A stretch of DNA of 61,401 bases, from the IMG/VR virus record IMGVR_UViG_3300049032_000024, positions 1 to 61,401 of that record; one strand, given 5' to 3'. Made by a program: the position numbers and the translations under genes. How positions within the stretch are numbered: position 1 is the stretch's first letter; the number at the start of each line of letters is the position of its first letter. Below are positions 8,971 to 19,434 of this stretch, one piece after another. The DNA is from a virus (taxonomy: Duplodnaviria; Caudoviricetes). The notes below the pieces were generated by a model. The model was not told where the DNA came from, did not search any database, and was given only the letters and a program-made list of their open reading frames with translations.

Positions 8971-9398
8971 CTCGGCCTAGTCAGCGGGGTTACCTGCAGT
9001 ACATCAGGACTGCCAAAGAGTGGGGCTGGTCACCGGCACGGATGATCTTAGGGGATCACCGGAAACGGGACAAGCCCCACTGGGCAGACTATGCACTAGC
9101 TGCGGCTTACGAGACTATCGACGCTGAGAAGTGTCCAAAGTGTGCGGTGCCTATCTGGTGGGCGTACTCAGAGAACACCGCTATTGAGTTCGAGCATGAC
9201 CACGTTGACTGTGAGTCCTGTAAGTGGGATGAGCAGGAAAAGAAGAAGATCAAGCAGGACAAGCCGGGACGAACACTATTCGTCAAGCCGATTCCTGCTG
9301 AGGGAGAGAAGCTTCCCACAAGGGCTGACTTCCAAAATGAAATGATCGCCAAGGCTGCAAAGCAAGCAGAGAAGAAGGTCAAGAGTGCCGAACACTAA
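8952..9398 (+). CDS. Tail assembly chaperone frameshift extension (GT)
   Basis: CPKC...CESC motifs; reached by -1 shift from the 8308 ORF. Confidence 0.75.
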   Translation, partial: FFVEALTRPSQRGYLQYIRTAKEWGWSPARMILGDHRKRDKPHWADYALAAAYETIDAEKCPKCAVPIWWAYSENTAIEFEHDHVDCESCKWDEQEKKKIKQDKPGRTLFVKPIPAEGEKLPTRADFQNEMIAKAAKQAEKKVKSAEH

Positions 9399-9657
9399 GA
9401 AGTATCCTGTCAGCAACCTGTGGACGATGGTACACGAACTGCTCCGTGAGCTGAAGCTTGATGACCAGTACACTGTCCTTGATGTGCATTCCTTCGGCTT
9501 CAACCCTGACAACATTCCTTCCATCTGGATTGAGGTTGTCACTCGGGATGCTGAGGGACGCCGCTCCGGTACAGAGGTCATTACGCGCTTCATTGAACAG
9601 GACGTGAAGTGGTCTGAGTGGGGACAGCCGCCGCTCTACATTCCTGTGCTAGAGTAG
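9385..9657 (+). CDS. Hypothetical protein
   Basis: 90 aa ORF overlapping the upstream gene end. Confidence 0.6.
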   Translation: MPNTKKYPVSNLWTMVHELLRELKLDDQYTVLDVHSFGFNPDNIPSIWIEVVTRDAEGRRSGTEVITRFIEQDVKWSEWGQPPLYIPVLE

Positions 9658-9676
9658 TAGCGCTAGCAAAACTCTA

Positions 9677-9713
9677 AAGCCCCTTCTGGCTCAATGCCGG
9701 AAGGGGCTTTTTT
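9677..9713 (+). terminator. Intrinsic terminator
   Basis: AAAGCCCCTTC...GAAGGGGCTTTTTT. Confidence 0.75.
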
Positions 9714-9766
9714 GCGTCAATGATAGACTTGACTAGAATCAGGAACTATGATATAGGACGGTAAGA

Positions 9767-12700
9767 GTGGCTAACGATTTCAACGCCAGTGTTGTCATCA
9801 GCACAAAGGAGTCTGAGGCTGGCATTAGGTCGCTGGACACCGCCGCCAAAGACCTTGACAAGACTCTCCAGAGTCTCCACAAAACCCTTCAAAACAATCA
9901 GGGTGACCTTGATGCTGTAAGCAAGAGCATGAGTGCAATCACTCGTGCGAACGCTGCTCTCATCCGTTCTGAGCAGGACCGCGCCAAGGCCACTGTCCTT
10001 GCTGCCAAGGCTGACGGTCAGATAATTGTCAACCAGTCCAAGCGTCAGAAGTCTGCCAATGACACTGCCATTGCTGAGGCAAAAGCGAACAAGATTCGGC
10101 AGGCCACTCTTGCCAACGGGCTTACCGCGTCTGCCAACCTTACTCGCAAGGACGCTGAGTCTCGTACCCGTATGGCGGGTATCGAAGCAGTCAATCAGCA
10201 GAAGCTAGCCACTGAGACTGTCCGTACCACTACCGCAATTATCAATCAGGGTGCCGCTACCACGCGCGCTGCCAGTGCCACCGAAATGGCTGCAGCACGT
10301 ACCGCTCGGCTCGAGGGTGCTCAGCGGGGGGCTGCTTCCGGCACGCTGGAACTCAATGACTCGCTGTCGAACTCCCGGTATCTGCTGTACGATGTGGGGC
10401 AGACCTACGCGGTGATCGCTGCTGCCATGCAGGTTATCCCTGTGGCAACGGCTGCTGTCGCCATCGCATACGAAAAAGACTTCGCACAGGTCATCCGTAC
10501 CAACGATACTCTGGCCAACAGCACTGGCGGCTTTGCCCAGCTCCGCGATGAGTTGAAGCAGCTCGCTACTGAGATTCCGCTGACCTTCGGTGAGTTCTCT
10601 CAGATCGCTACCATTGGTGGTCAGCTCGGTATCGCCGGTCAGGATATCGAAAGCTTCACTGAGACTGTAGCACGATTCGGCGCTGCGTCCAACGTCTCCA
10701 TTGATGAAGCTGCTACTGCCTTCGGTCGGTTGCAGAACTCTTACGATCCTCAGAAGCTCAACCCTGACTTCTTCAACCAGATCGGTTCCGCCATCGCTTA
10801 CGTTGGTGTGAAGTCTGCGGCCACTGAAGCGGAAATCATCGCGGTCAACAACCAGATTTCTGCTGCCGGTGCCCAGTTCGGATTTGCTGCTGACGAAATC
10901 GTTGGTCTGTCTGGTGCTCTGGCGTCTGTCCGTATCCGTCCTGAACTTGCTCGTGGTGCCTTCCAGCGTATTATGCTGGGGCTCAACCGTGCCGCTGATG
11001 AGGGCGCTGAGTCCTTCCAGAAGTATGGTAAGTACACTGGGCTGGCTGCTGACCAAGCCCTTGCACTCTTCAAGTCCGATCCTTCCAAGTTCTTCCACCA
11101 GTACGTAGGCGGCATCAAGAACGCCATCGCTGAGACTGGTTCTGTCTCCGCTGTGCTTGATGACATTGGAGCCAAGAACGTCTTTGACAAGCAGTTCCTT
11201 TTGGGACTGGCCAACGGCTACAACGTGTTCACGGACTCGCTGCAGAACTCGAACAAGGCTTGGAAGGATGGCAGCTTCCTTACTGAGTCCACCGCTGGTA
11301 TCTACGAGACAGTAGACGCCAAGCTCAAGCGTATTGCCAACGGCTTCAAGAACATCGGTGACTCCATCGGTAAGGCGTCTGTCGGTGAAGGCTCCGGTCT
11401 GGACAAGCTCACTGACTCTGTGCTCGCTGCTACCAGCGCTGTGGATCGCTTCATCAATGCTGCTCCGGGTATTGCTCAGTTCATCAACATTATGATGGGG
11501 CTCGGCTCTGTCATCGGTATCCTGATTGCGTTCAAGGCTGCTCAGGCATTCATGCTTGCCGGTCTGGTTGGCTTCCAGCAGGTGCTTGGTAAGGGTACGC
11601 TTGCTGCGGGTCTGACTGCCAAGGGCATCCTACAGCAGTTGGCAGTTACTATGCTCATGGCCAAGGGTGTCTCCCAGCAGCACGCACAGGCTCTCGTGGT
11701 ACAGTCCGGCGCGCTGCGTGCTATGGGTATGTCTGCTCAGGTTGCAAATGCCCAGCTTGCATCCAGCGCTGGTGGTATGGCAGCGGGTGTTGTTGCCAGC
11801 ACTGATGCCGCTACCAAGAGCACCAACCGCTTGGTAGGTGCCTTCAAGGCTGGTATCGGCATGTTGGGCGGTCCTATCGGTATCTCCGTTATGGCACTGG
11901 GTACGCTGGCCTTCAGCTTCATCCAGACTGCTGAGGAAGCTGCCACTGCCGGTGAAGCTATCGCGCGCGCAATGGATCAGGGAGCTGACGCTGCCACTCG
12001 TGCTTCGGCTGACGCCATTGCGAAAATCAAGGTAGCGTGGCACGATCCTATCGCGCTCGGTAACCTTGACCGCTCGCTGGCTGAGGTTGCTCGTGACGCA
12101 GGTGTACCTTTTGAGAAGCTTGCTGCCGCTGCTGCCAAGGGCCGTGACGCTGGCAAGGAAGTCCTTGCTGTCATGGATCAGATTGCTCGGTCCAAGGGCT
12201 TTGCGGACTTCGCTGCCATGCGTAATGCAGGTGGAGCACATGCCGGTCAGATGGAGTGGCTGAAGAACAAGATCACTGAAATTGGTGAGAAGTCTGCTGT
12301 CACTGGTGAAGACCTCAAGGACGTAAAGACTGCCACTGACGCTTTCGGTGGTGCGGCTGCTGATGCTGGTCCTAACGCTGAAATGTTCGCTAGCGAAATC
12401 GGCGGTGTAGGTGATGAGGCTGAGACTGCTGCTGACAAGATTGACAAGTTCCTTGATGCCGTCTTCGGCATTGTGGATGCTGCCGGGGCTTCCCAGTCTG
12501 CACTTCAGGCTCTCGGTGAAGGTCTGTTCGACTCTCTGGACTTCGGCCCGAACACTGAGGGTGGACGCGCCAACGTAGAGAACTTCAAGGAAGCTCTGCG
12601 GTCTGCGGCTCAGGAACAGCAGTACCTTATTGACTCGACTGGCAAGAGCACACAACAGGCCAGCGCTGACTACATCGCTTTCGTTGATGGCCTTGTGCAG

Positions 12701-14734
12701 GAAATGATCGCGCGCGGTGTTGATCCCACCAACCTGCAGGTCATTGCTGAGCAGGCCAAGCTTGGTGTGGCCAATGTGTTTGAGGGTGGAGTACAGCCAA
12801 CCATCACTCCCAGGGTGGATGGTACGGTTGCCGCTGCTGAAGCACAGCAGGTAGCTGCCGGTGTTGAGGCGTCTGTCAACAAGCCGTACACCACTTGGAT
12901 TTTCGCTGACGGTTCTCAGGCTCTCAATGAGTCTGCCGGTGTGGAAGCTTACGCCAGCTCGGTTGCTCGTGAGTACACTGCGGGAATCAATGCTGACGCC
13001 AGCGCTGGTATTGAGAACACCAGCAACTTCGGCTTCTTTGCCAATGAAGTGACTGGTGCCAACTACGAGGCCAAGGTCAACGCGGATACCTCTCCCGCAA
13101 TCCTGAACCTGCAGAACCTTGCGAACTTTGCCCAGACGGTCATCAATGCTATCCAGTTTGGTATTGGTCTAATCGGTAACGGCATCAACAGCAAGAAGCA
13201 GGTTGGTGCTGAGATTGGCAACGTCAAGGCTGGCGCTGCTCTCGGTCCTTCGGCTGCGGCTGCTCCCTCCCCGGTAGCTGCACCTGTGGTCAACCGGGCG
13301 GCTGCACCTGCAGTCATCCCCACGCCCAAGGCTGTAACTCCGAACTTCGGTTCTCTGAACGATGGCTACAACAAAGCAGCCAAGGCAGCAGAGAAGGCTG
13401 GCGATGCCGGTAAGAAGGCCGGTAAGGACATGGCTGACGGTATTGATGATGCCGCTGAAGCAGCCAACGATTACGCCAACCGGCTGAAGACTGGGCTCAC
13501 CGCTGCGTTTGATCGCCAGTACGGTCTGCAGAAGGCCACGGACGAGTACCATTCTGCTCTGAACGCTATCAACAAGAAGCGTGAGGATGAGCTGAAGCAG
13601 ATTGATGACCTCATTGCTGCTCAGAAGGAACTCAACAACGAACGTGCTGAAGAGCTGGTCAACGCTCGCAAGGCGGGTATCGAAAAGGATATCTCGCTGA
13701 AGTACGGTGAGGTTGATCGCGCTGCTGACTATGCTCAGCAGGAGCAGGAAGCTCTTGATGCCGCTGCTGCAAAGCAGAAGGACATTGAGGCCAACAACGC
13801 TCAGATCATTTCGCTTCGGGCAGGCATCGGGCAGCTCGAGGGCTATTCGGAAGCAGCCATTGCGAACAGGGCGGCTCTGCGTGATCTTGAGTCCAAGATG
13901 CTGGACATGGTTGTGGCTTACGCCAACACTGGAGCTTCGGTGGATCAGGTTCGCAACTACGCTGCGGGACTGACCAACCAGTTCAAGATCGACGTGTCCC
14001 AGATGGGTTACAACCAGTGGGCAGTTGGGCAGCTTCAGGGCGCGCTTGAGCGGTACATCGGTGTTATCAACGCGGTGCCTTACCACAAGCCAACCACCGT
14101 TACTGCTGACGTAGGTACGCCTACCTCCGGTGCAATGGGTGCGGTGAACGCATTCGGTCAGGCTGCTGACTGGGCAGCTCGGCCACGGAACACCGTACTG
14201 ACTCTGGACACGTCTGCTGCTACTCGTGCTCTGCGGCACATTGATGCTCAGATTCGTGGTGGTGGTACTCCGGACGATCCAAGCATGACTGCTTTCGAGC
14301 CCGGTACGTTCTCGCGTAGGGCTGGTGGCGGGATCATTCCGGGCTTCGCTGGTGGTGGTCAAATTCCGGGCAAGGCTCCGTCCAACCTGAAGCATGACAA
14401 CATGATGGCTTCGGTTGATGGCCGGGGCTTGGTTCAGGTTCAGTCTGAAGAGTTCATCATGCAGAAGCGTGCTGTGGACTTCTGGGGCTTGGACATGATG
14501 AACGCGCTGAACAACATGAAGATGCCACAGTTCAACGCTGGCGGTTCCTTCAGCGGACGGGGTGGCTCTGGCTCGGGCTCGAGCGGACCTATGCTGGTAG
14601 AATTGACAGCAGATAACCTGCAGGCTATACTTCGGCTCGCTGAACGGGATATACACCTGTTTGCCGATACCGAACAGCTTGCTTCCAGCGTCAATGAAGG
14701 TCAGCGTGTGCTGGCAAGCAAGGGAGTCAGTTAG
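9767..14734 (+). CDS. Tape measure protein
   Basis: 1655 aa, Ala-rich; TP901-type TMP region; C-terminal FAGGG...EEFI motif. Confidence 0.95.
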   Translation: MANDFNASVVISTKESEAGIRSLDTAAKDLDKTLQSLHKTLQNNQGDLDAVSKSMSAITRANAALIRSEQDRAKATVLAAKADGQIIVNQSKRQKSANDTAIAEAKANKIRQATLANGLTASANLTRKDAESRTRMAGIEAVNQQKLATETVRTTTAIINQGAATTRAASATEMAAARTARLEGAQRGAASGTLELNDSLSNSRYLLYDVGQTYAVIAAAMQVIPVATAAVAIAYEKDFAQVIRTNDTLANSTGGFAQLRDELKQLATEIPLTFGEFSQIATIGGQLGIAGQDIESFTETVARFGAASNVSIDEAATAFGRLQNSYDPQKLNPDFFNQIGSAIAYVGVKSAATEAEIIAVNNQISAAGAQFGFAADEIVGLSGALASVRIRPELARGAFQRIMLGLNRAADEGAESFQKYGKYTGLAADQALALFKSDPSKFFHQYVGGIKNAIAETGSVSAVLDDIGAKNVFDKQFLLGLANGYNVFTDSLQNSNKAWKDGSFLTESTAGIYETVDAKLKRIANGFKNIGDSIGKASVGEGSGLDKLTDSVLAATSAVDRFINAAPGIAQFINIMMGLGSVIGILIAFKAAQAFMLAGLVGFQQVLGKGTLAAGLTAKGILQQLAVTMLMAKGVSQQHAQALVVQSGALRAMGMSAQVANAQLASSAGGMAAGVVASTDAATKSTNRLVGAFKAGIGMLGGPIGISVMALGTLAFSFIQTAEEAATAGEAIARAMDQGADAATRASADAIAKIKVAWHDPIALGNLDRSLAEVARDAGVPFEKLAAAAAKGRDAGKEVLAVMDQIARSKGFADFAAMRNAGGAHAGQMEWLKNKITEIGEKSAVTGEDLKDVKTATDAFGGAAADAGPNAEMFASEIGGVGDEAETAADKIDKFLDAVFGIVDAAGASQSALQALGEGLFDSLDFGPNTEGGRANVENFKEALRSAAQEQQYLIDSTGKSTQQASADYIAFVDGLVQEMIARGVDPTNLQVIAEQAKLGVANVFEGGVQPTITPRVDGTVAAAEAQQVAAGVEASVNKPYTTWIFADGSQALNESAGVEAYASSVAREYTAGINADASAGIENTSNFGFFANEVTGANYEAKVNADTSPAILNLQNLANFAQTVINAIQFGIGLIGNGINSKKQVGAEIGNVKAGAALGPSAAAAPSPVAAPVVNRAAAPAVIPTPKAVTPNFGSLNDGYNKAAKAAEKAGDAGKKAGKDMADGIDDAAEAANDYANRLKTGLTAAFDRQYGLQKATDEYHSALNAINKKREDELKQIDDLIAAQKELNNERAEELVNARKAGIEKDISLKYGEVDRAADYAQQEQEALDAAAAKQKDIEANNAQIISLRAGIGQLEGYSEAAIANRAALRDLESKMLDMVVAYANTGASVDQVRNYAAGLTNQFKIDVSQMGYNQWAVGQLQGALERYIGVINAVPYHKPTTVTADVGTPTSGAMGAVNAFGQAADWAARPRNTVLTLDTSAATRALRHIDAQIRGGGTPDDPSMTAFEPGTFSRRAGGGIIPGFAGGGQIPGKAPSNLKHDNMMASVDGRGLVQVQSEEFIMQKRAVDFWGLDMMNALNNMKMPQFNAGGSFSGRGGSGSGSSGPMLVELTADNLQAILRLAERDIHLFADTEQLASSVNEGQRVLASKGVS

Positions 14735-14737
14735 CCA

Positions 14738-15607
14738 ATGACTGAGAAAATGTACTTCGGTGTACTGGATAACATTCAGGAAATCCCTGTACCGAAATCG
14801 GGAATGGGTTACAACAGCAACGCTGACACTGAAGTTACAGAACTCGTGAGTGGTGGGCGTAGCGTGTACCGTGCGCCTACCACTTACAAGTCATTCAACA
14901 TGACTTGGGCCACCACTGCTGACCGGCTGCGTCACATCATCGCCATGTATAACGGCCAGTTCGGCACTGGTCCGTTCTACCTGTCCGACCCTACGGTGAA
15001 TCAGGAGAATATGCTTCCTGCTCGCTGGTCCAACGGCTGGCAGCTTGCTCATCAGGCCAACGGCTGGTGCCGCCCTACGGTGGAGAAGGCTATCACACCT
15101 ACCTCCGTCTACAGCGGTACTTACTATACAGACCGCGCTGCCTTGTTCACTCAAGTTGCTGCAGGCTCGGCTGTTGTCCTTGAAGGAGTTGTCCGCACTC
15201 GAGTCATTCGAGTTCCCGGCAAGCCGTACTACTTCAGTGCTGATCTTGAGTCCACAGGCGGTGCTTCCGTAAAGGTGCGTGGCTATAACGGCACTACACG
15301 TACTTGGACCACATTGCTCAGCGCTACCTCTTCGGCTATGTCAAGCCTTGTAGTAGCAGACACCAACACTACAACCACCATGCTTGAACTGGACATCTAC
15401 ATGCCTCTCGGCTCCACACTGCGTGTGTACGGGCTTGCGCTAGGTACGGTAGATCATTCACAGTACGGCAACAACTGGATGCCCGTAGGCAACGGCATTG
15501 GTCCGGTGACTTTCCCCGATACCACGAATGGTGAGCTTGTGTCAAGCACCATTGATAGGATTGGACTGTCACTGGATTTCATTGAAGTTGAAAGTATTGA
15601 GGGATAA
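14738..15607 (+). CDS. Minor tail protein (distal tail-like)
   Basis: Follows TMP; GPFYLSDP motif. Confidence 0.75.
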   Translation: MTEKMYFGVLDNIQEIPVPKSGMGYNSNADTEVTELVSGGRSVYRAPTTYKSFNMTWATTADRLRHIIAMYNGQFGTGPFYLSDPTVNQENMLPARWSNGWQLAHQANGWCRPTVEKAITPTSVYSGTYYTDRAALFTQVAAGSAVVLEGVVRTRVIRVPGKPYYFSADLESTGGASVKVRGYNGTTRTWTTLLSATSSAMSSLVVADTNTTTTMLELDIYMPLGSTLRVYGLALGTVDHSQYGNNWMPVGNGIGPVTFPDTTNGELVSSTIDRIGLSLDFIEVESIEG

Positions 15608-17781
15608 TGCCAGCCAGCATCATCAAGGGAGACGGTTCAGGTAAGCCGGTAGGCCAGCTTGCCAACTACTCCATCACCAAGAGTAACGTCCCAACCAACC
15701 CCTCTGACAACAGCGGTCAGATTCCCACATTCAAGGCAACGGTCACCAACCCGTCCAAGGACAGCAAGACTCACCTTGGCGACCCGGTTGTGCTGATTGA
15801 CTCGGACAAGACTGACACCGTTGGTGTGGTTGTTTCTGCATCAAGCTCTGCCAAGTCTGGGCTCACTACGTTGGATATGAACACAGTGTTTGAGAGGTTG
15901 AACACTGAGCAGACCACGTATCCTCTCTACACCGACTCGACATTCAACACCAACATGGCCGCGTCAGCAATCACTCAGTGGTTGCTGCAGGCAGGTGTGC
16001 CCCAATACCGGATGCCGGGGAACCTGCAGCACTACATCACCAACGCTCAGGTTGGCTACAGCTCGCGCTCTGCCTCTACGTGGGTACAAGCTCCAACTGC
16101 TGAGTGGCCTAGCAACCACGCGCGCTACAAGCCGAACTACGGTACGAACCTTGGGCGTATTGAGGTCAACCTTGCTCAGTCCATCATCTGGGGAATGCCC
16201 CTGAACTCTTGGAACCAGACCGACTACAACCAGCAGGTTGTTGTTGGGGCATGGCACTACAAGCTGAACAACACTGTGAGCTACCGGCTGATGCAGGTAG
16301 GCAGGGTCATTACTTTGTCACAGAAGACGGGTACGGGCTCGTACACGGTGCTGGCTACACTGACCTGCCCCACAACTACCACCATCACCGCTGACTTCCT
16401 GTACGTGCTCATCACGGCTCATCCTACGGTTGCTGGCAATATCTCCGTGGCCCTCCGTGCTGTGTGCTATGACACTATCTCTGGGCAGGACGTGGTGTAC
16501 GAAAGCACAACCGCTTCGGTAGCGTCCACTCTCCGTGACCGCCCTGAGCTGCGGACGCTTGACCTTGGGTATGACACTGCTCAGGCTGGTATCGACATGA
16601 GCCCTTCCCTGTTCTTCATCAGTGAGGGCACTGAGATTCCGTTCACCAAGCCCCATGACCAGATTGAGTTTGTGCTTGACCCTGATGCCAAACCTCTGAC
16701 TTGTGTGCCGGGATTCACTGGCAACGTGTGGGAGAAACTGAAGGAGTTCTGCTCACTGCAGGGTCTTGATATCAGCTTCGGCAATGACAAGCTCGTGTTC
16801 ACGCCGCGCAAGTTCCAGCGCTTCAACCCTGACGATGACACGTACAAGCCTATGCTTGCTCTGCCCAAGGCCAACGTGTCTGAGTCTGCCAGCCAGCGTG
16901 AGAAGGCTCGAGCTGTGGAAGTTGTCTACCGCCAGCAGCCGAAGAAGAGTGTGTCCGCGTACTACAACAATGAGCTGTGGCGCGCTGACTCTGTGTACTC
17001 GGTAGAGCCGGGAGAGAAGCTGGTTGAGGTTGTGCAGACCGACAGCACATTCCTCACGCTGAACCAGCCTGTCCCTGTCTCCGGTGTACCCGTCCCGTAC
17101 ACCAACTCCTACGGTGCCTACGTGGTGACAGGCAATGACGGTTACATTGTTGATCCCCAGTGGTGGAAAGACAACGGCGGTTCCATCAAGGTTCAGCCTA
17201 CGGGCAAGGCCGGTGAAATCGAAATCACCATTCAGGCTCCAGCCATCATTACCTCTCGGGCTCCGTACCGTATCTCTGAGGGTGTGGCTGACCGTCCCGC
17301 GCTCTACATCTTCGGTGATGGTCTGAAGCTTGACAAAGAGAAGACCATCAAGGTCTACACAGGTGACCCGGACGCTTCTGAGGAAGTGGGGATCAAGTTC
17401 GACTCCATCTTCATCACTGACAAACTCTCGGCATTCAATGCGGGATTCAAGCTAGCCACAATGTACGGTACCGGCGAGTCAATTCTGAATTATGACATTC
17501 CCCGCAAGGAACGTCAGGAGTTCAGTTACGGCGGGGATTTCGTTTACGACGCGAACACCGAAGACCACAATGTGTATTTCAATGGCTCGGCTTACCGCGC
17601 TGAACAGTACAGCCTTGGTCCGAATAAAACGAATGTCTCTCGAGCCGTGAGGTATAACACTCACCGGATTCTCAATGGGGAATTTGCTACCGGCAAAACT
17701 GTGGCTGACTGGAACGCCTTGCACGCCGGTAAGAAGATCAAAGACACTAACTTGGCACCACTGCCGAATTACATTAGCTAG
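15607..17781 (+). CDS. Minor tail protein
   Basis: 724 aa beta-rich protein in the tail-tip position. Confidence 0.75.
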   Translation: MPASIIKGDGSGKPVGQLANYSITKSNVPTNPSDNSGQIPTFKATVTNPSKDSKTHLGDPVVLIDSDKTDTVGVVVSASSSAKSGLTTLDMNTVFERLNTEQTTYPLYTDSTFNTNMAASAITQWLLQAGVPQYRMPGNLQHYITNAQVGYSSRSASTWVQAPTAEWPSNHARYKPNYGTNLGRIEVNLAQSIIWGMPLNSWNQTDYNQQVVVGAWHYKLNNTVSYRLMQVGRVITLSQKTGTGSYTVLATLTCPTTTTITADFLYVLITAHPTVAGNISVALRAVCYDTISGQDVVYESTTASVASTLRDRPELRTLDLGYDTAQAGIDMSPSLFFISEGTEIPFTKPHDQIEFVLDPDAKPLTCVPGFTGNVWEKLKEFCSLQGLDISFGNDKLVFTPRKFQRFNPDDDTYKPMLALPKANVSESASQREKARAVEVVYRQQPKKSVSAYYNNELWRADSVYSVEPGEKLVEVVQTDSTFLTLNQPVPVSGVPVPYTNSYGAYVVTGNDGYIVDPQWWKDNGGSIKVQPTGKAGEIEITIQAPAIITSRAPYRISEGVADRPALYIFGDGLKLDKEKTIKVYTGDPDASEEVGIKFDSIFITDKLSAFNAGFKLATMYGTGESILNYDIPRKERQEFSYGGDFVYDANTEDHNVYFNGSAYRAEQYSLGPNKTNVSRAVRYNTHRILNGEFATGKTVADWNALHAGKKIKDTNLAPLPNYIS

Positions 17782-17791
17782 GAGAATTACT

Positions 17792-17980
17792 GTGGACGAA
17801 ACTACTGCAGACCTCATCACTCTGGTTGAAAGCCTGAAGCTGCGTGTCTGTGCTTTGGAAGATGCCCTGCTGAATCTGGCAGGCTTTACCAAAGTCGCTG
17901 ACGATAATTCACAGCAGGGTAGAATTGTTTTCGAGCCTAAACAATCCCCTGTACTCGCCTCTGAAGGAGTCTCTGCATAA
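17792..17980 (+). CDS. Small hypothetical protein
   Basis: GTG with RBS AGGAG; short coiled coil. Confidence 0.55.
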   Translation: MDETTADLITLVESLKLRVCALEDALLNLAGFTKVADDNSQQGRIVFEPKQSPVLASEGVSA

Positions 17981-18534
17981 TGGGAGCATTTACCCCGCTT
18001 GATGAAGTCTGGTATCCAGACGAAGATGACACGTCAGAAATCAATACTCTGCTCGCTACTCAGGCATCTTCTATTGAGGAAGGCATCGGCCAGCGTCTTC
18101 GAGCACAGGAGACATTTCTTGGTCTGTTCGCTACTCGGCCTACTGGACAGGTCTTGACCAAGCAGGCATTGACCACTGTAGGCTTCGACCTGAACTCCAG
18201 CCAGTGCTTCAACACCGGCTTCACGTTCTCGAACGGTATTGTCACTATTGCCACTCCGGGGCTCTACTACGTTGGTGTCAACGTTGTTATCAATATCCCT
18301 GACGGTTACGGTGAAATCTGTATCGTCAAGTCTGGTGTGGAGTTCGGTAAGGTTCTCCAGTTCCGTGCTTCCTCGAACAACGTTGGTCTTGCTACGTCTT
18401 CGGTCATCAACTGTGTGGCCGGTGACACTATCTGGACTCGTACCTACATCGACTCCACCACGGATGCCAACTTCAATGTCAACTCGCCTACGTTCAACAC
18501 TCTCTCTGTCTCGCTGCTGAAGGCACTGAACTAA
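17980..18534 (+). CDS. Minor tail protein with C1q/TNF-like C-terminal domain
   Basis: FTFSNGIVTIATPGLYYV and CVAGDTIW motifs. Confidence 0.65.
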   Translation: MGAFTPLDEVWYPDEDDTSEINTLLATQASSIEEGIGQRLRAQETFLGLFATRPTGQVLTKQALTTVGFDLNSSQCFNTGFTFSNGIVTIATPGLYYVGVNVVINIPDGYGEICIVKSGVEFGKVLQFRASSNNVGLATSSVINCVAGDTIWTRTYIDSTTDANFNVNSPTFNTLSVSLLKALN

Positions 18535-18620
18535 GCAAAACCGATAGTTCCCTCTTACCTTGACAAGCAAATGCTACTATGGTAAGAGGGAATTTTTCGT
18601 TTACTAGGGAGTTCGATCTA

Positions 18621-19052
18621 ATGCCATTTGCCGTACAACATTATCCTAAATGGGCTGTGGTCTTGGTTCGCACTCTGCGTGTATTTGCTTATGCTTTTGC
18701 ATCCTTCACAGGAGTTGCCGCAGTCCTATACACACCATCCTCAATCAAGCCAACTACAATCGTTCTGATTGCATCAATGGCTATCTTCGGGGCTGTGTGC
18801 TTTATAGGTACTCTATGGCAGCAATACGTTGTTGAATGGATTTCCCTGTTCTTCCTAGCAGGGGGAATAAGTGTTTACGTTGTGGGCCTTTGGGTGGGTG
18901 CCTTACATGATTCCAAATATGTTACCGCTGCCAGTGTCCTAACAATGCTAGTCCTACTGCTAGTTGTCCGAATAGTTGACTTGACCGTTTACTGGTTGAA
19001 GAACGTACGGGTAGCAGTGATTAGCAAGGGATTGGCAGATGATGACAGGTGA
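18621..19052 (+). CDS. Multi-pass membrane protein (lysis cassette)
   Basis: About four hydrophobic segments; next to the endolysin. Confidence 0.65.
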   Translation: MPFAVQHYPKWAVVLVRTLRVFAYAFASFTGVAAVLYTPSSIKPTTIVLIASMAIFGAVCFIGTLWQQYVVEWISLFFLAGGISVYVVGLWVGALHDSKYVTAASVLTMLVLLLVVRIVDLTVYWLKNVRVAVISKGLADDDR

Positions 19053-19431
19053 ACAGATACTACAAGCCAGTGGCATCATTGCTGGGGTAGTGTTCGGCGG
19101 TGGCGGTTTAGCCGCTATCTTGGGCGTTTTCGTAACGCGAAAACTTGGCATCAAGACTGGGGAGAATGAGGCAAATCGTGACCTCAACAACACATGGGAT
19201 GCCATTGTGGAAAACCTGCAGGGGCAAATCAACACACAGAGCGCGTCTTTTACTGAGCAGGTGAAATTGCTGCACGGTGAAATTGAAGGGCTCAAGACCC
19301 GCTTGACTGACCAAGAGACTGCTCTTGGTATCAAGGAACGCCTTCTTCTGAAGGCCATCCTACACATTGGGCGTTTGGAGCTGCTGATTCTTCCGAATCC
19401 AGTACCGCCAAGGCCAGAAGGATTGGAATAA
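19039..19431 (+). CDS. Membrane protein with coiled coil (lysis cassette)
   Basis: N-terminal TM segment, coiled coil, PxPPRP tail. Confidence 0.65.
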   Translation: MMTGEQILQASGIIAGVVFGGGGLAAILGVFVTRKLGIKTGENEANRDLNNTWDAIVENLQGQINTQSASFTEQVKLLHGEIEGLKTRLTDQETALGIKERLLLKAILHIGRLELLILPNPVPPRPEGLE

Positions 19432-19434
19432 GCA

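Noticed and set aside
13169-14656. Long antisense ORFs (also 3956-5071, 11630-12655, 24722-25882, 57693-58943)
   Set aside because: Shadows of codon-biased genes on the opposite strand, with no RBS or recognisable motifs.
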